Assembly (NCBI RefSeq): GCF_001194135.2
Contig: NC_068989.1
Span: 12,726,177 to 12,790,176 of the forward strand
Length of the DNA stretch: 64,000 bases
From: Octopus bimaculoides
Lineage: Eukaryota
Reading direction: 5' to 3'
Below, in pieces: positions 27,235 to 40,923 of the stretch; the stretch's first letter is position 1; each line of letters begins with the position of its first letter. The translations under genes were made by a program, and so were the position numbers. Under the pieces are notes generated by a model. That model was not told the DNA's origin. It was given only the letters and a program-made list of their open reading frames with translations, and made no database searches.

Positions 27235-27249
27235 TATGTATCTAAAATC

Positions 27250-27355
27250 TGCATTAGTAAGGCAACATGAAATGAAGTATCACACAATGCTCTCACAGTT
27301 CGAGGAATCGAACGCACAACTTTATGATCATGAGTCAATTACACTAACTACTAAC
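27250..27355 (-). mobile_element. SINE family C head
   Basis: The reverse strand reads gtagttagtgtaattgactcatgatc..gtgcgttcgattcctcgaac..gcattgtgtgatacttcatttcatgttgc. Confidence 0.5.
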
Positions 27356-29004
27356 ATCTATGCCTTCACATTTATACACATGTGCCAGTGTGTAGGTGTG
27401 TGTGTGTGTGTCCATGCGTGTGTCTGTGTGATTCTATGAGTGTTGAAGTGTATGGAAGAAAAATGATGGAAACGCATTTCTAAGTAAAAGGATATTTTAC
27501 GCCTCGATACAAGCTGTAATGCAATGATTTCAGAGCCAAATTTATTAACTACTGCTACGATAATCTGTCTTCTCTGAGTAGAAATATTCCTTATTTGATG
27601 AAAACTAAGATTCACGACTTCATACCGTAGTGTCAGATTTTCATAAATAATTAAACTGTTAACATGTTTTCTCAAGACCACACTTTGTTCAAAGAGAGAT
27701 CTAGTTATACAGCAGACGTGCTTCATTTTTAATTGACGCCACGGACAGCCTTGTTCGCTGAACAACTTGTTATCACATACAAAATTCCATTGCTTGATAT
27801 TTATAGGTCATGCCACCCACTTGTCATGAATTTAGAAGATATGCCCAAATACGGCATAACATTATAGATGCCTTCCAAAATAAATCAAACTCCTTCATTT
27901 GTGTTCGGAATTCTCAGTCTTATTGAAAGGTTGTTAGCATGTGTGAATCTACGATGTTAAATTTTGAAAGATTTATTTGACAGAAAGGAAAATATACAAT
28001 CAACAACTGGTTGAAAGAAATGTATGGATCAACAGGTCAACATCCAGAGAATTCCAATTCCTTATAAATAATGAGTATTTCTGGAAGTTATCCAAAAAGG
28101 GTAAATATAGAAAATATATTTAAATTTCTTCAATCATGTACTAGTAGCTGGTAGTTTCGCAAGCAGGAAACAAATTAATTGCAAGAATTCTTATTAATTT
28201 TAGAGAAACAAGAAACCTGTAATTGAAAGCTAAGATGTTCAAATGAAGGGAGAGACTCTATTAGTGACCATTCAGTTTGCTGGAAATAGACCTGAAATCT
28301 GCCATGTAATTACCTTAAAACAGAAGAAAATGGATAGCATTATTTACTGAATAAACGATAGTCTGATCATGGATGAATAATTTTAATCATAGGTTTGTTT
28401 AAATAGAGCTAACGTCGGGTATACATAACTAAAAAAAAAACTGTACAAAACTAATTTTCTTGATTTAACTATGTAAGTTATTGTATATTATTTAAAATAA
28501 TATATATATATTATGTATATTATTTAAAATAATATCTTCTAATATTTTAGATTATGCATCAAAATGCGGGTTTAAATATTGTATATTGTATATTGCACAA
28601 GAGAGTTTAATTTCAATGTTTGCGATAATAATTCTAGTTTTATGATACACATTATAAATACAAGTTCTTCAATTAATACCAAGAAACTGAAGGTTGTGAA
28701 TGAGACAACAAGTAGTGAGAAAGTAAAAGTATTGTAGGATTATTAGTTACGTTAATCTACATTGCGTGTTCGGAATCTGGGGAAATAGGTTCAAAATAAT
28801 GCTATGTAAATCGGCAAATCGATAATATGAATATCAGAAGAGCATTACGTTCGATGTAAGCGTGGTTCTTTGTCAATTATGTTAACAAATATTTAGGTAC
28901 GAACCCAAAAATATTATAGAAAAAATAAGTAGCAGTTGAACACAGGGTTCTACGTAATCAGCTTACGCTCTCTCGTGAAGTTGCTGTTCTTGGGCCAAAA
29001 TCTG

Positions 29005-29220
29005 AAGCGAATCTATTAGGCAAGTAACACGCCGGACAAAGTGTTTAGCAATATTTTGCCCGTCTCTGTGTTCTGAGGTCAAAATTCCACCAAAGTTGAC
29101 CTTGCCTTTCATCGTTTCGCGGGTGGATAAGATGAGTACCAGTTGAACACTGAGGTCAATGTTATCGACCTGCCCCCATCCCAACAATTCCTAGCCTTGT
29201 TCCACGATTTGAAAACAATA
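29005..29220 (+). mobile_element. SINE family A, decayed, A2-type tail
   Basis: Sequence cacgccggacaaagtgtttagc...gttgaccttgcctttcatc...gccttgttccacgatttgaaaaca. Confidence 0.8.
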
Positions 29221-30067
29221 TACAAGGTACGTATTTATGGTTACAAAATTCTTCAGATCTAGCGTAACTTTTCCAGCCTCTCCTCATTATAGACAAAAAT
29301 GCCATTTGCAAAGATCCATATTCCATTAAAAAAAGTAATAACTAATTTAACGCTACAGTTTCTGTGAATGAGACGTAATTTGACTGTTAAGCAGCCAAAT
29401 GAAAAGTCTGTAAGCTTTTACTCCTTCTACTATAAGTACTGCCATTCGCTGAGCAATTTCAATATAACGCCTGGAATGTTGAAATATATACTGGATATCA
29501 TAATTGTACATATATGTAATGCATGACAAAAAATAAAATGATGGCAATGTTTTGAAATCATTTCATTATATATATTGTTCACTAGAGCTGCCCTAAGGTA
29601 CTTAGACGAGAATAAATTTGATGTTAAGATTACCATGATGCACAGAAACACATGCACATACATGCACACACACACATACATGCACACACACACACACACA
29701 CACACATACATACACACACATACATACACACATGTATTCGGTGGTGTGTGTTGTATTATACATTGTATATTTCAATTGACCGGTTTCTATAAATTAGGAT
29801 CAGAGGCAATCGATTCGGCTATTGTTCTTGCGCGTTTGCAAATTCCACTCAATCCAAATAAATGTAACCGTCTTTGGTATCTTCTAAAGAATATTTTAAT
29901 TTACAAGTATAGAAAGAGTTAAATAAGGCACTTTTGAGCTCTGGTGGAAGCTTTATATATTCTAGAAATATGTGATTAATATTCTGATATTATTATTTTT
30001 GACTGCCAGTGAAATTGGCTGTTTAATTTAATTTAATTTAATTCGGAATCATGAACTTGAAACATCA

Positions 30068-30540
30068 CTGGTGTAGCTCAAGCGTGGGTGTGTGTTAAGA
30101 AGTTTCTTTTCCAAAAATATGGTTCCTGGTTCAGTCCCACTACTTGACATCTTGGGCAAGTGTCTTCTACTATAGTCTCGCGTCGATCAAACCATTTTCA
30201 GTGAATTTGGTAAACGGAAATAAAAAGAAGCCCATCGTATTTATAAACATATATGTGTATGTGTGTGTGTGTGTTTGTGCGTGTGTGCGTCTGTCTGTCT
30301 TCGTGTGTGTGTTTCTGTCTGTCTTCGTGTGTGTGTTTCTGTCTGTTTGTCACCCAATATCGCTTCACAAGCGGTGTTGTGGTGTTTACTTTACTGTAAG
30401 TTCGGCAAGACAGACCAGTAGAAAAAGTATCAGGCTTGAAAAAAACAAAGGTATTGGGATCGATTTGTTCGACAAAAATTCTTCAAGTCAACGCCCCAAC
30501 ATGGCTGCAGCCTAATGGATGAGACAAGTAAAAAATAGAA
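30068..30540 (+). mobile_element. SINE family B, full length with internal (TG)/(TGTC) tract
   Basis: tRNA-like head (gtgtgttaagaag..ggttcagtccc), CORE-like cttgggcaagtgtcttctactatag, tail ccaacatggctgcagcctaatggatgagacaagtaaaaaatag. Confidence 0.85.
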
Positions 30541-31200
30541 GTATTTCATTTAATGAAATCAACTTTGAAGGTCAATATCCATCTTCCAGCATGCGAATTC
30601 ATGTGATATATCCATTTTTTTTAATCTTTGAAGATATAAAAATTCAGGTGATTTCTCCCTTAACAATCATGATATCATCGTTCTCTCTTTGATACAAACA
30701 ACACAGAGAGTTTCATGCAATTGATTAGAAACATCTTGGTTATTTTCAATTCTAACAACAGGTATAGTTTTCTGTATCCGACTTGGTGTATTCCATTCAC
30801 TTAAACTTCTACGTTTTGAAAACCAATAGTGATTATAATGAGGTGCATCAATGATTGGTTGTACAAATTTAAAATTATAATCTGGATATTTCGTAGGTTA
30901 TCACTCATTTGGCATTAAGTGTTTTCTTTCTGACTTTTGACCTGTCCACTACATCTGTGGCTCTACAACCAGAATTTCCCAGAGTTTTTTTCAGTCCCTA
31001 AGAAATAAATCATTTATTCGACGTTTTTATGGGAATATTCCATAGGCATTTCTTGCAATGGAACAAAGGAATTAATAATATCATAAATTTTATATTTCAC
31101 ATATGACACTCAGTGGCACATATGGCATTTTATATTGATTGAACAACAATATATGAATATATGTGCACTCATATGAAACAGATAGTCAATGTATATTATG

Positions 31201-31580
31201 GCAATCCGTCGGTTACGAAAACAACGGTTCCAGTAGATTCGATCAACGAAACAGCCTGCTCGTGAAATTAACGTGTAAGTGGCTCAGCTCTGCACAGACA
31301 TGTGTATCCTTAACGTAGTTCTCGGGGGAGATTCAGCATGACACACAGTGTGACAAGGCTGGCCCTTTGAAATACAGGTACGACAGAAACACGAAGAAAG
31401 AGTGAGAGACAGTTGTGGTGCAAGAGTACAGCAGGGTTCACCACCACTCTCTACCACAGCCTTGTGGAGCTTTAGCTGTTTTCGCTCAATAAACACTCAC
31501 AACGCCCGGTCTGGGAATCGAAACTGCGATCCCACGACCGCGAGTCTGCTACCCAAACCACAGGGCCATTGCGCCTCCAC
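31201..31580 (-). mobile_element. tRNA-derived SINE family D, full length
   Basis: The reverse strand starts gtggaggcgcaatggccctgtggtttggg..gtttcgattcccagaccgggcgttgtgagtgtttattgagcgaaaac. It is collinear with 57841-58226. Confidence 0.9.
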
Positions 31581-32600
31581 TAATCAACGTATATAGACAT
31601 GGGATCTATTGCCTCTCATATATACGTGAACCATATAGGCAGCACTGAGATGGCAAACTGTATTCATTTGTTAGATAATGACATACTTCTTAAAACATTA
31701 TTCATCTGAAATTCCCAGAAAGTTTGCACTAAATTTCAACAGGTCAGGCAATCGCTGTTTCAGTTACTTTTAATTTTCTTACCGCGTTGTAGGAGACAAC
31801 AAAAACACCAGTTGTAAATACAAGTTTAAAAACAAAAAAGGATGAGCCAAGAATCAACCAAGCTATTCGTAAAATGTAGACTGGAATTTCTCTAATTATC
31901 TCAATTAATTGTAATAAAGCGCCATGTAATGACTTTGAACATTAATGAAATAATTTTGATAATAGTCTATCTGTGTCCTAGGAATTTAAAACGGAAATGA
32001 CGTCGCTACCAAAGTTAAGACAGCATGTGAGCTGCGTTCTACAACAGCGGCCCTGTACACAGAAGCCATCTTTGGACCCCATTCTCTACTACGAGCTTAA
32101 CAAATTCTTGTACGTGACATATGAATAGAAACAAGGAAAATGCACACTAGGTATAAACAATGGCTTTTTTTGCTATAAGAACAAAGATATATACATATAA
32201 ATAAATGATTTAAGGTAGAATTAAGAAGAATACAAATTAATTGTTATGAGTAATTATAGAAAGTCATACCGGCTTCGTGATAGCTGATCACCGGCGTCGT
32301 TATAGTTGACGACTGTGCTGGGACATAGATCGACTATATTGATATATATATCAGCTGTTTGTATATTGATACTTTGGTTTGATTTTGTATGTATGATCTA
32401 AAACCTGAAAGCGTATGAATTAACGACATGTTATTCTAAAATATAACGAATATTTTTTTGTTTATAGAGTCCTTGCCATATTTGACTACATTTTGTTTGG
32501 TCTATAAACAAAACATGAGTACAGGTCTGTCCATATGTATGCGCGAAAAGAGTGACAAAGAGATAGTTAGATAGATAGACAAACACACAGACACACAGAC

Positions 32601-32645
<45 letters not shown>

Positions 32646-34809
32646 CTGTGCCTACACGCGTGAGTCTAGGCAATATTTCTGCATGTGTTTCTTAGTATGA
32701 GATATACTATACCATAGATTCTAATGCTTTCATGAAACTATTCTGTCAGAAATTATTCCCGTAGCACTGTATGTAGCATCATATTTAGTTGATAATTTCT
32801 AACATTTTAATGTTGTTGTAGATTTTAGTATCTCGGTCCCGCTGCATATTTCTTTCTTCTTTTTTGACTGTACGGTTGTTTTAAATCCATAAGTTTTAAT
32901 GTTTGGCTAATTCATTTTGGCGAACTTTTCCATTAAGATTTCCAGATAAAACTTCCCAAAATGAACATTAAAAGTATTTAGTGATGTATATTTTACAGAG
33001 TTAACAATCTCCTAATGTAATAAACGATATCAAATATCATCGAGATGAAAATTGTTGATAAACAGTTACGTGATACGCTTTCGTAGATTATTTTTGACGT
33101 AATGATCAGTTCTGGTTTTTGCTTTTTGAAAGCGTTTAATATTTTCCGTACTATGGAACGCAAAAAAAAAAAAAAGAAAAAAGAAATTTGGTCCTTATCG
33201 TCGATTTGACTTTAGAATGCCAGAGTCTACTGATATTTTGTTACAAAGATAATAGTCTGATAACACGATCAAATAAATAAATGATTATTATTAAACATAA
33301 ATTGATTTTGCGATTATATATTTTCCCTTTGCTTTCTATTTAACAGATTCACAGTGTTCTGTATATTGGGGACTAGCACAAATTCAGGTTTCGGCAAGAG
33401 CTACTTTACTAACGCTAAAACATCTAAATATAATTACCTTCTGTTTACACTCGAGTGTGTTTCTATTTTGACACGCTTTAAGATGGGCTATAAATACCTC
33501 GCTATCAATGCCACGAAGATTTCATTTAATGTAAGAAGGAATCTAATTTACTTCGACGCTTTATACTCCATAAACAAAGAACTCTCGTAAACAAAGTACT
33601 AAATGTGGTGGCATATTTCATTGTCTTGCTTCAATGAAATTCCCTATAAAAACGTATACTTAAATCATGAAATGTGTGTCATAGATGGAATTAGTTACCA
33701 GGCAATATAATGCATAATTTTCCTTTCTTTCTATCTATCTAAAGAGATTTCCAACTCACAAATGATAATCAACAATAATTCAATTTTATATATACTTCAA
33801 TACTTAGCTCAGTTTCGGTCAGAGTTCGCCCAAGTCATGACTAACCTTGTCATGTAAACGTTATGAGGCACTCACAAAATGTTGTCTCGCAAGAGATATT
33901 GCCGCCAAGACATGAAAGTTAAAGATCACGTTGGACACACTATATTCCTTTATTTTATTTTAATCATTCAGTAAAGACATCTTATCTATTCTTCAAAACA
34001 AATAATACTGAGACGTATAGTTTTAATTATGGTAATGAAACACGCGAAAAAAGAAATACCAGATTGACTAGACTTGCTATTAATAACGATCAGGCAGAAA
34101 GGCATCACACACCATTCAACGCTATCACTGAACAAATTTGAATGGAACCAATGAGATAGCATAATTGTACTCGGTCATCGTAATGACATGTTAGCCAAAT
34201 ATCCCTGGAACTGCACTTACTATATGAAAATGAGGTCATATTTTGTCGTTCAGTCTAGTATACTCTATTATTGAAGAGATGGTCGTGGTGCAAATGCATT
34301 TGACATCAGCCTGCTACAATAGGGTTTATGTAAAGTTAAAGGCAGGCAACTATTATAAGGTATTGTTCGAAATTTTCCGTATCATTTTTCTTAATATTCT
34401 CATTTGACAAATTACAGTATTGTTCGAAAACTTAACAAAATAAGTTGTCTTTTCCGAAGATTGAGAATTACTTTAATCAACTGATGTGTGGCAATATTAC
34501 ACATTAAAAGCAGGCTGATCCAGACATTGGCTGTGAGGAAGGCATTATTTAAATCCCCGTTAGAACTGGCAAGGATATATCATTCATTCATATCGTTATC
34601 CTTTGTGGCAATGATAATGAAAATGTATTTTTCGAGAAAGTAGGAAAATAAAATCAATATTCTACTCGAAAAAGATTCAACGTTATATACGTTCTGATGT
34701 AGGATTATATGCTTTCTCATATAGGATTCTGGTTTCAATCCCACTAGAATTGAATTGACCATCCATAATGCACGACATTCTGGTAATAATTAAAACAGTT
34801 ACAGCCTCT

Positions 34810-35575
34810 CGAAATTGTTTTACAGCTTTTGTTGTTTCTTCTTTTTCTTCATTATTGCTAGGTACTATGACTTCTTTTTTTCTGTAATTGTCTGCTTCCT
34901 TAAAAACTGAAAACAGTTTTTTTGTATTGTTCGTGTTTTGTGGCTATTTGTATTAGTCTTTCTTGCATCTGAATTAGGTATTTATGTAGTCCTATTGAGG
35001 TTATTTTGTAATAGCTTTCTAGCTGTATAAGGCCTCTACAAACTTCGGTACGTTGTTTATATAACATTTCTATGTTTGATTTTGTGTGGTGCCTCCTAAA
35101 TCCTGTTATTATTTTTCTTGTGTTTCTGGTTATTTTGATTAGTTCATTTAGAGTCCTGTTAAGAATATTGTAGCTGTAACGTATAATTAAGAAGGCTAGA
35201 GTGTTTATACCTATTATCTTGTTTTTCGTATTAAGCTCTGTTTTCATTATTAATCTAACTCGTCTCTAATATTCTCTTCTTATCTTCCCTTTCATCCGCG
35301 TGCGTTGTATCGTATCTAGTATTTGTATGTCTGGCTTTGTTCTAATCCTCTTATTTCATTTGTTTTATCTAGTATGATGTTCCTACTCTTTACGAGTTTT
35401 TCTGTGTTCAAGGTTGCTTTGACACACTTTTCTAAGACAAATTTCAAGTCTATTTCTTTGGTAAATCCATGTACTGTCTGTATTTAAGTTTCCAGCTGTT
35501 TATCATTTATAGCGAACTGTTCTAGATAGATCATCCATATATAAGAGGTGACTGATTGTTTTGCCGAAACATTGA
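34810..35575 (-). pseudogene. Dong/R4-clade non-LTR retrotransposon reverse transcriptase fragment
   Basis: Translates to QCFGKTISHLLYMDDL (YMDD at 35530-35541) ..KIRREY*RRVRLIMKTELNTKNKIIGINTL..HHTKSNIEMLY..RGLIQLE, with stops and frameshifts. Confidence 0.85.
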
Positions 35576-35662
35576 GGTACAAATATACAAAACCCAGTAT
35601 ACCCATCATGACTACCCCTCGGATAAGCGTACACCAGGTACATGCATCTCAGCCATATGTGC
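35570..35662 (-). mobile_element. Partial copy of element E (59397-59947) fused to the Dong RT fragment
   Basis: gcacatatggctgagatgcatgtacctggtg..gggtagtcatgatgggtatactggg aligns to ~59824-59915 at roughly 75-80% identity by eye. Confidence 0.85.
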
Positions 35663-35671
35663 ATTAGCTGC

Positions 35672-35824
35672 ATTTTGTCCGTCTTTACGTTCTGAGTTGA
35701 AATTCCGCCGAGGTCGACTTTGCTTTTAACTTTTCAGTATCGATGAAATAAATACCAGTGAAATACTGGTGTCAATGGAATCGACTAGTACCCTTCCTAC
35801 AAATTTCAAGCCTTGTGCCTTTAA

Positions 35825-35911
<87 letters not shown>

Positions 35912-36298
35912 TATCATCATCATCATTATTAACATGATCATTATTATTATTATTATTATCATTATTATTATTATTATTGACAAGGTGGCAGAATCGGTAG
36001 CACGCCGGAGAAAAAGCTCCGTAGTAATTCTTGACCTATAATAGAAATGATTATATGTATATTTATTTAATTAGTTTTAAGCCGCTGAGCTGGCAGAATC
36101 ATGAACACATCAATGAAAATGATCAGCGGCATTTCTTCCGGTTATACGTTCTGAATACAAATGCCGGCTGTCTTGAGTTTGCCCTTCAGATTTTGAGAGT
36201 CGAGTAAGTACCACTGAGGTCGATGTAATCGACTTGCCTACCAACCCGTCTAAAATTACTGACGTTGCACCAAAATTTAAAATGATTATTATTATTGA
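35672..36298 (+). mobile_element. Cluster of SINE family A pieces (35672-35830, 35978-36025, 36080-36298) interleaved with (TTA)n/(CAT)n
   Basis: Family A core motifs, with tails running into (ATT)n. Confidence 0.8.
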
Positions 36299-38597
36299 CG
36301 TTGTTGATGCTGTTGTGGTCGTTTTTCTTATTGTTCAATGATTTTGTTGTTCCTGCTGATACTGGTTTTTCCTTTTATTGCGCTTATTTCGTTCTGAAAT
36401 TATCAATATTTGATGATTTCTTTATTTTGATAATTTTTGTTTTCGAAATCATCATAACATACACGTTTAATGTTCCCCATGAAAATTTGCATCTCTTCAA
36501 GCGCATCCCAACTCAAATAAATAAAATATAATGAAAAGAATACATTTTTTCGTAAGAAAAAAGAAACTAATAATCGTTCCTTTTATCAAATAAATCATAA
36601 TATTCATTATTTGCATTTAACTTTTCCCCCTGACAATTCTCTTATAATTAACTTTGATTTGCGGAACTAATCTCGTCCAAAATTTTCACATATTGGCAAC
36701 ATCAAATACACATAATGAGAAGAAAATAAACTTTAAAAAATAATAAATAATTGATAATTAAAATGAAACAGAATAAAAAGAAAATAGGCAAAAATTAAGT
36801 TTAAATACACAATAAAAACTACACGATATGACGTAATCAAGTGTGTGATATTGTCATATAATCATTTGCTATAAATTTCACACTTAATGAAAATTTGGGA
36901 ATTTTGAAGACTTGATATAAATTTCTTTCAATTTCTATTTTCATATTTTTTCTTTAATACTTTATATACATTATATTTATTTATTTATTGGTAAATATGT
37001 TACAAAGAAATTCATTAAGATATTTGTTTAATTGTGAATTTATTGCAAATTTTAATTAGTGTCTAATATTACTTTCTCCATTAATTTTGGAAGTTATGTC
37101 AAAGCGGTTTTGGTGAAATATTTCGTTATTTGTACAGTGATCTAAAAAAGCGATGATTTTCTGTAGTGTGTAACAAGAAAGATAACAAAAAGCTATATAT
37201 ACACATATACACTCATACACATATGCATTCCCCGCACTTATGCTTGCATACACACCCGGACCCATACACACACGTGTACTTGTACATTCACAGATGTGTT
37301 AATTTGCATAAATGACATGAGGTCTTCACATCCACATTTATTTGTGCATCGATAGGTGACCCATCAATGAAAGTGCAATTATTTTCCTGTATTGAAACTG
37401 GATTACACAGATATAAACCTAAACTTCCAAATGTTTACACGCGATACGTGCAATGATAAATAATTTATATTAAGAGACATGTGACAATAAAAGGTCCAAC
37501 TAAGTAAATCTGTGTTTTGTTTGGTCCTCGCTTCAGAATGTTTAATGCTCAATAAGGGATTTAATAATCTAACTATTGTGGGACATTGCAGCTGCCCAGT
37601 AGCAATGCAGTATACCTCTAGAAGCAGTTCGGAATCTCTCAATATATATTCACTGTTATGGCAAAGCTTTGCTCTTACAGAAATCTTAATTCGAAAGTAC
37701 ACATGTGTTTATATGAGTGGAACATTATTATGACACATAATTTCATCAACTTTTGTGTGGTCCATCAGAATAGTAATCTCGATAACGTTTGTCATGCGTT
37801 TTAACAATTACACATTTGCAGCTGGTATAAATTATGTAGTGCCATTATTGTGCACCTTACTTTCCTGGACATGTGTGTCGGTACACCAGAATTTTGAAAT
37901 AAAGTTTAGGAATCTATAGGATAAAGAATGTTTTGCTCTCTGGTCCAAAACGGCGTCTGTCTGTTTGCAGGGTTTTGCAGACCGGAAGGTTTAAATGAAG
38001 TTTGAAATTTTCAACTGGATAGGTATATTTTTGCCTCTAATCCAAATCAATATCTTTTCGTTTGAAATCATCAGAATTTGCTGAATAAGGCCTGCGGCTG
38101 TCAGTTGATGATGAAGGTACTCGTTCTGTTTTCACTCAGCCACTTAGGGGTTCATTAGCGGTGTTGCACGTTGAAGAACTAATTCAGTAACAATTCTTCA
38201 GCTATCATAACCACTACACGTATAAGAGCTAGGTTGATGAAATCCGAAAGAAAATATCCGTTGATCTAATTACTATTCATTTTTATCAAAATCAGCTGAC
38301 TGCTGATCTCTGAAAAGATAAATTTCTTGCTAGCGTACACTTTAGAGAACTTTCGTTTTAGATCAAAGTTTTAACAGTACAGATAAATCAAGAATATCCT
38401 TCACTTTTCTTCGTTTGGGGCCACAAACAAATAATACTTTAATTTGAGATTCATTGTTACGAGAATCATACACATTTGTACACAAGATATCCATAGTTCC
38501 CTTCTGAGCCGTTTTGTATACTACTCAGCAGAAATAATTAATATAAATTTGAGAACTTGATACCTTCGCATATTCACGGCAAAGCTACAAGTAAGTA

Positions 38598-38830
38598 GGG
38601 CAGCGAGCTGGCAGAATCTTTAGCACGCCGGGCGAAATGCTTAGCGATATTTCGTCTGCTGTTACGTTCTGGATTCAAATTCCGCCGGGGTCGACTTTGC
38701 CTTTCATCCTTTCGGGGTAGATTAACTAAGTACCAGCTACGCACTGGGGTCGATGTAATCGACTTAATCCCTTTGTCTGTCCTTGTTTGTCTCCTTTATG
38801 TTTAGTCCCCTGTAAGCAATAAAGAAATAA
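38598..38830 (+). mobile_element. SINE family A, full length, A1 tail, 9-bp target-site duplication
   Basis: gctacaagt occurs at 38584-38592 and 38836-38844. Confidence 0.93.
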
Positions 38831-39896
38831 AAAATGCTACAAGTGCAACGTGAGATTGAAAATAAGCTGTACTGAGTGATTGTAGCATCAACATTTGAAT
38901 AGATTATGTCCGTAGATATAGTTTGTACTGAAAGACATTGCTAGTAATAAATTATCCAGGAATTTTTTCTCGCTCCACCGTCAGAACAGCAAGTAAGATT
39001 TCGGATAATATTGCAGCATCATGGATAAAATTGTAGGACAGACTGCTGTAGCATTATAATCATTGTCAATGACTTTTAATGTGAAACACACAAGTATTTC
39101 ACGTGTCTGATATACACAGGTACATTGGAAAACGCAGCGGCAGGTTATATATGCAAAAGGACACACACTTACGCACACATTGGATTGACCTAAACGTACG
39201 CTCAGATGTTTTTAAGCGAAAATACAATACAAGTTTGAAACAAAAGCAATTTATTCAATCAATGATATGATTAAAGTTTCTTGGCAGTATCTTCTGTCAT
39301 GCAGAGGCAAATTCAATAATCCCTATTCAAAGTATTTTCTGTTTTACTACCGGAAGAATTTTTCCAAGTGAATTATTACATCTTCGGTGTTTGTAGGTCT
39401 TTCCAGTCATTTATTTTGAAGAGATCGAAAATGGCGAGAATCTGAAAACGGAAAGTTGGGTGAATATGTGGGGCGAGAGGTGAAGAGATCTTGAAACTTT
39501 CCACATCGACGTTTTGGAACCTCTTTCCAATTGGGATTGGAATACACGTGACTGGACGATATTTCGCAATAAAGGACGTGAATTATACGTATATCTTCAT
39601 TCTTCAGTCCGTCTCCTTAGCCCTATATTTTTTGGCGAAAGTGCAATAGATTAATCAATTCGTTATTATATACATATATATATACGCACATAAATATACG
39701 TAAATGGGAGCACAAACACTGTACATGCACACACACAAACACACACAGACAAACGCGCGCGCGCGCATGCACGTTTATAGGTTTGTTGATGTTTGAGTAA
39801 GTTACTTCATATGTTCTGCAATGTGTGGCCCTTTCAACATAAACTTTGTAGGTAGATCACTGTTTAATTGTTTTAACACCTGTTTCCTTTGATATA

Positions 39897-40005
39897 AACA
39901 TCAATAGTTCTATAATTACGTAATTACAACACATTTAATTAATAAATATTAACTAATGTCAGTTATGTATTTTAATTACGTAATTATAGAATTGATGATA
40001 TTTAT
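39897..40005. repeat. AT-rich hairpin with 19-bp perfect arms (39908-39926 and 39973-39991)
   Basis: ttctataattacgtaatta ... taattacgtaattatagaa. Confidence 0.8.
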
Positions 40006-40881
40006 TCCAAATGAAACCTCTTTTAACATCAATCGAATTGTGATCTATCTGTGAATTTTATGCTACTTAATTTTTCATTCTAACATTCTCAGGATCGTTT
40101 TCGCTGATTATATATAAACATGCAAACGTTTACTATATAGATTTACTACTTTGCGAGAGCTTGAAAACCTGTTATTAATTCATAAATATTTATTAGCGGT
40201 AAAGTCAGTATTAAAATTGAGAAGTAATATTTATCCTGACTTAAAACGTGGATGTTGTGTTAGAATAAACTATGACGCGGTAGTTACTGTGACAGAAAGG
40301 TTCGCATTAGCACTTGGTGTAAAATTGTTCGAAATGGTACAATATAAACACGAGCGAATTTTGCAACAAAAACTAATATGAGGGTCCTTCTCACAACCGC
40401 AATATGGAATGTTCCAGCAGAACATCCACAGTAAACGAGAGATAATTATTACTTCTCATCATCAATCAAATTCTTCAATTCTTGTTCAATTCCTCCTTAT
40501 AGTTTTTCATTTTTTCATGTGTATATATTTGTGCGTGTATTTATATATACATACATATATATATATATATATATATNNNNNNNNNNNNNNNNNNNNNNNN
40601 NNNNNNNNNNNNNNNNNNNNNNNNNNNNNNNNNNNNNNNNNNNNNNNNNNNNNNNNNNNNNNNNNNNNNNNNNNNNNNNNNNNNNNNNNNNNNNNNNNNN
40701 NNNNNNNNNNNNNNNNNNNNNNNNNNNNNNNNNNNNNNNNNNNNNNNNNNNNNNNNNNNNNNNNNNNNNNNNNNNNNNNNNNNNNNNNNNNNNNNNNNNN
40801 NNNNNNNNNNNNNNNNNNNNNNNNNNNNNNNNNNNNNNNNNNNNNNNNNNNNNNNNNNNNNNNNNNNNNNNNNNNNNNACT

Positions 40882-40913
<32 letters not shown>

Positions 40914-40923
40914 CACGTATGTA

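Noticed and set aside
27358-27765. 135-aa minus-strand ORF
   Set aside because: It has no recognisable motif, ends in a (CA)n repeat and has a non-ATG start.
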